A stretch of 63,933 nucleotides of DNA, the filler included, from Folioceros fuciformis (taxonomy: Eukaryota): assembly GCA_049999805.1 (NCBI GenBank). It is 11 parts of 11 records of this genome, joined end to end, with 100 filler letters (N's around TTAATTAATTAA, not from the genome) between each part and the next. Parts side by side here need not be neighbours in the genome. Positions count along the whole stretch, not along the records: positions 62,545 to 63,933 come from JBNGIO010003024.1; 10 more parts are not named here. The stretch is one strand, 5' to 3'. Below the pieces are notes generated by a model. The model was not told the DNA's origin and searched no databases. It saw nothing but the letters and a program-made list of their open reading frames with translations. The translations under genes and the position numbers were made by a program. Shown here piece after piece: positions 62,545-63,933 of this stretch. Each line of letters begins with the position of its first letter. The first letter of the stretch is position 1.

Positions 62545-63933
62545 GTGTTTTTCATGTAGCTCCCTTCCTAGGGGCTTGGTTAAAATGTCTGTTGGATTTT
62601 CAGACGTAGGCACATATTCAAGGCTGATATCTCCAGACTTGATGAGGTCACGTATACAGTGATACTCAACTTCCACATGTTTAGTCATGGAGTGAAAAAC
62701 AGGATTATGTGCCAAGCTCATTGACCCTTGGTTATCTGTGTGGATTGTGGTGCAGGCTGGAAGGGGAATTCCAAGTTCCTTGAACATCAGCTTGCACCAA
62801 GCTATCTCCTTTGCAACAGCTGTAAGTACCCGATATTCTGCTTTAGTGCTAGATAGGGCTACAGTAGGCTGTTTCTTGCTGGACCAGCAAATGGGTCCTC
62901 CAGCCAACATAACAACATAACCAGAAATTGATTTCCTTGTGTCTATATCTCCAGCATAGTCTGAATCAGTATAGACATCAAGATGTAAGGGCACTCCAGG
63001 TATGTGCTTGTATTTTACACCAATGCTGTGAGTTCCTTTCAGATACCTGAAAACTCTCTTAACACCTGTCCAGTGTGTTCCATTTTTTATCAAAGAATCA
63101 TATTCAGATTGAATGGCCTTCTTCCATTCAGCAGCGTCAGGGCGACTTAAGGCTTCTTCATAAGTCTGAGGTTCCACAGGATCAAGATCAACTGCATGTA
63201 TGGAAGGTCCCCTAAAGTCTTGTGATTGATAATAATATGGTGCACGTCTGTCTTTTGCAGGATAACGTCGCACAGGGATAGGAGTCGGCTCTTCAATAGG
63301 AGCTGGAATATTCTCAGGATCATTATCCACAAGAACAGTAGGATCAGGATCAAGGTCAACATCTGCTGGAACAATGGGTTCAGGATCCGAAAAGGCATGA
63401 GGAGGTTGGTCCTGAATATCAGCAGCAAAATCAAGTTCAGCATCTGCAGCTTCCTGCTGATTATCCTCATTATCACTATGCTCATTGTCTTCCCCCCTTT
63501 CAGGAGCAAACTCCTCATTAGGGTAATCAGGGAAAACAGTGATGTTAGGAAGAGCAGATAAATCAAAGTTATCTGAAGAAGTGGGAGAAGCTCCCACTGG
63601 CTGCCAAACTTGTTGTTCATCAAAAGTAACACTGCGGGCATAAACCACAGTGTTCTCAGGTACATCATATAGTTTATATGCTTTAATACCTTAAGTGTAG
63701 CCTATCATAAGATATTTCTTGGCTTTAGCAGCTAACTTAGGACGTTTTTTTTTCTTCGGGATAGATGCATAAGCTATGCATCCAAAGGTTCTAAGGTGTA
63801 AGATAGCTGGTTTTCTGCCAAAGAATGCTTCATAGGGGGTCTGTCCTACAAGGGCATCGGTAGGCAGCCTGTTATGCAAGTACACTGCTGTCATGAGGGC
63901 CTCAGCCCAATAGCGAAGGGGCAGAGAAGCTTG
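62545..63933 (-). mobile_element. Ty1/Copia with in-frame deletion of the RT (IN C-terminus joined to RNase H)
   Basis: EPQTYEEAL...WKKAIQSEYDSLIKNGT runs directly into HWTGVKRVFRYLKGT...YTDSDYAGD. Confidence 0.9.

Overview
Eukaryotic nuclear DNA from a land plant. Short (~80-200 bp) GT-AG introns, GC-rich compact genes and plant-type TPD1, TOP6A, plastid EF-Ts and tRNA-Pro genes suggest a non-seed plant such as a hornwort or lycophyte, but the taxon is my inference. The window is not contiguous: 11 contigs are joined by ten identical artificial 100-bp spacers (N44-TTAATTAATTAA-N44), so adjacency across spacers means nothing. Host genes reconstructed by hand: a BTR1/NOVA-like 3-KH RNA-binding protein, an uncharacterised 895-aa protein with mitotic hallmarks, an intronless Cys-rich secreted protein resembling fungal small secreted proteins, TOP6A/SPO11-3 head-to-head with RPS15A, a TPD1-like ligand directly behind an LTR-like sequence, tRNA-Pro(UGG), a TBC Rab-GAP, the 3' end of plastid EF-Ts, and a 2OG-Fe(II) dioxygenase pseudogene. 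Over half the window is decayed, often nested transposons: about a dozen Ty1/Copia pieces, a chromoviral Ty3/Gypsy, a LINE, a pogo-like element and unclassified relics. Best leads: the fungal-like secreted protein (possible HGT), the repeat-containing candidate Aurora/spindle protein with an MSA-type promoter, the LTR abutting TPD1 with a covarying hairpin, and Copia elements carrying extra coding regions. No database searches were run; family calls come from recognised motifs.
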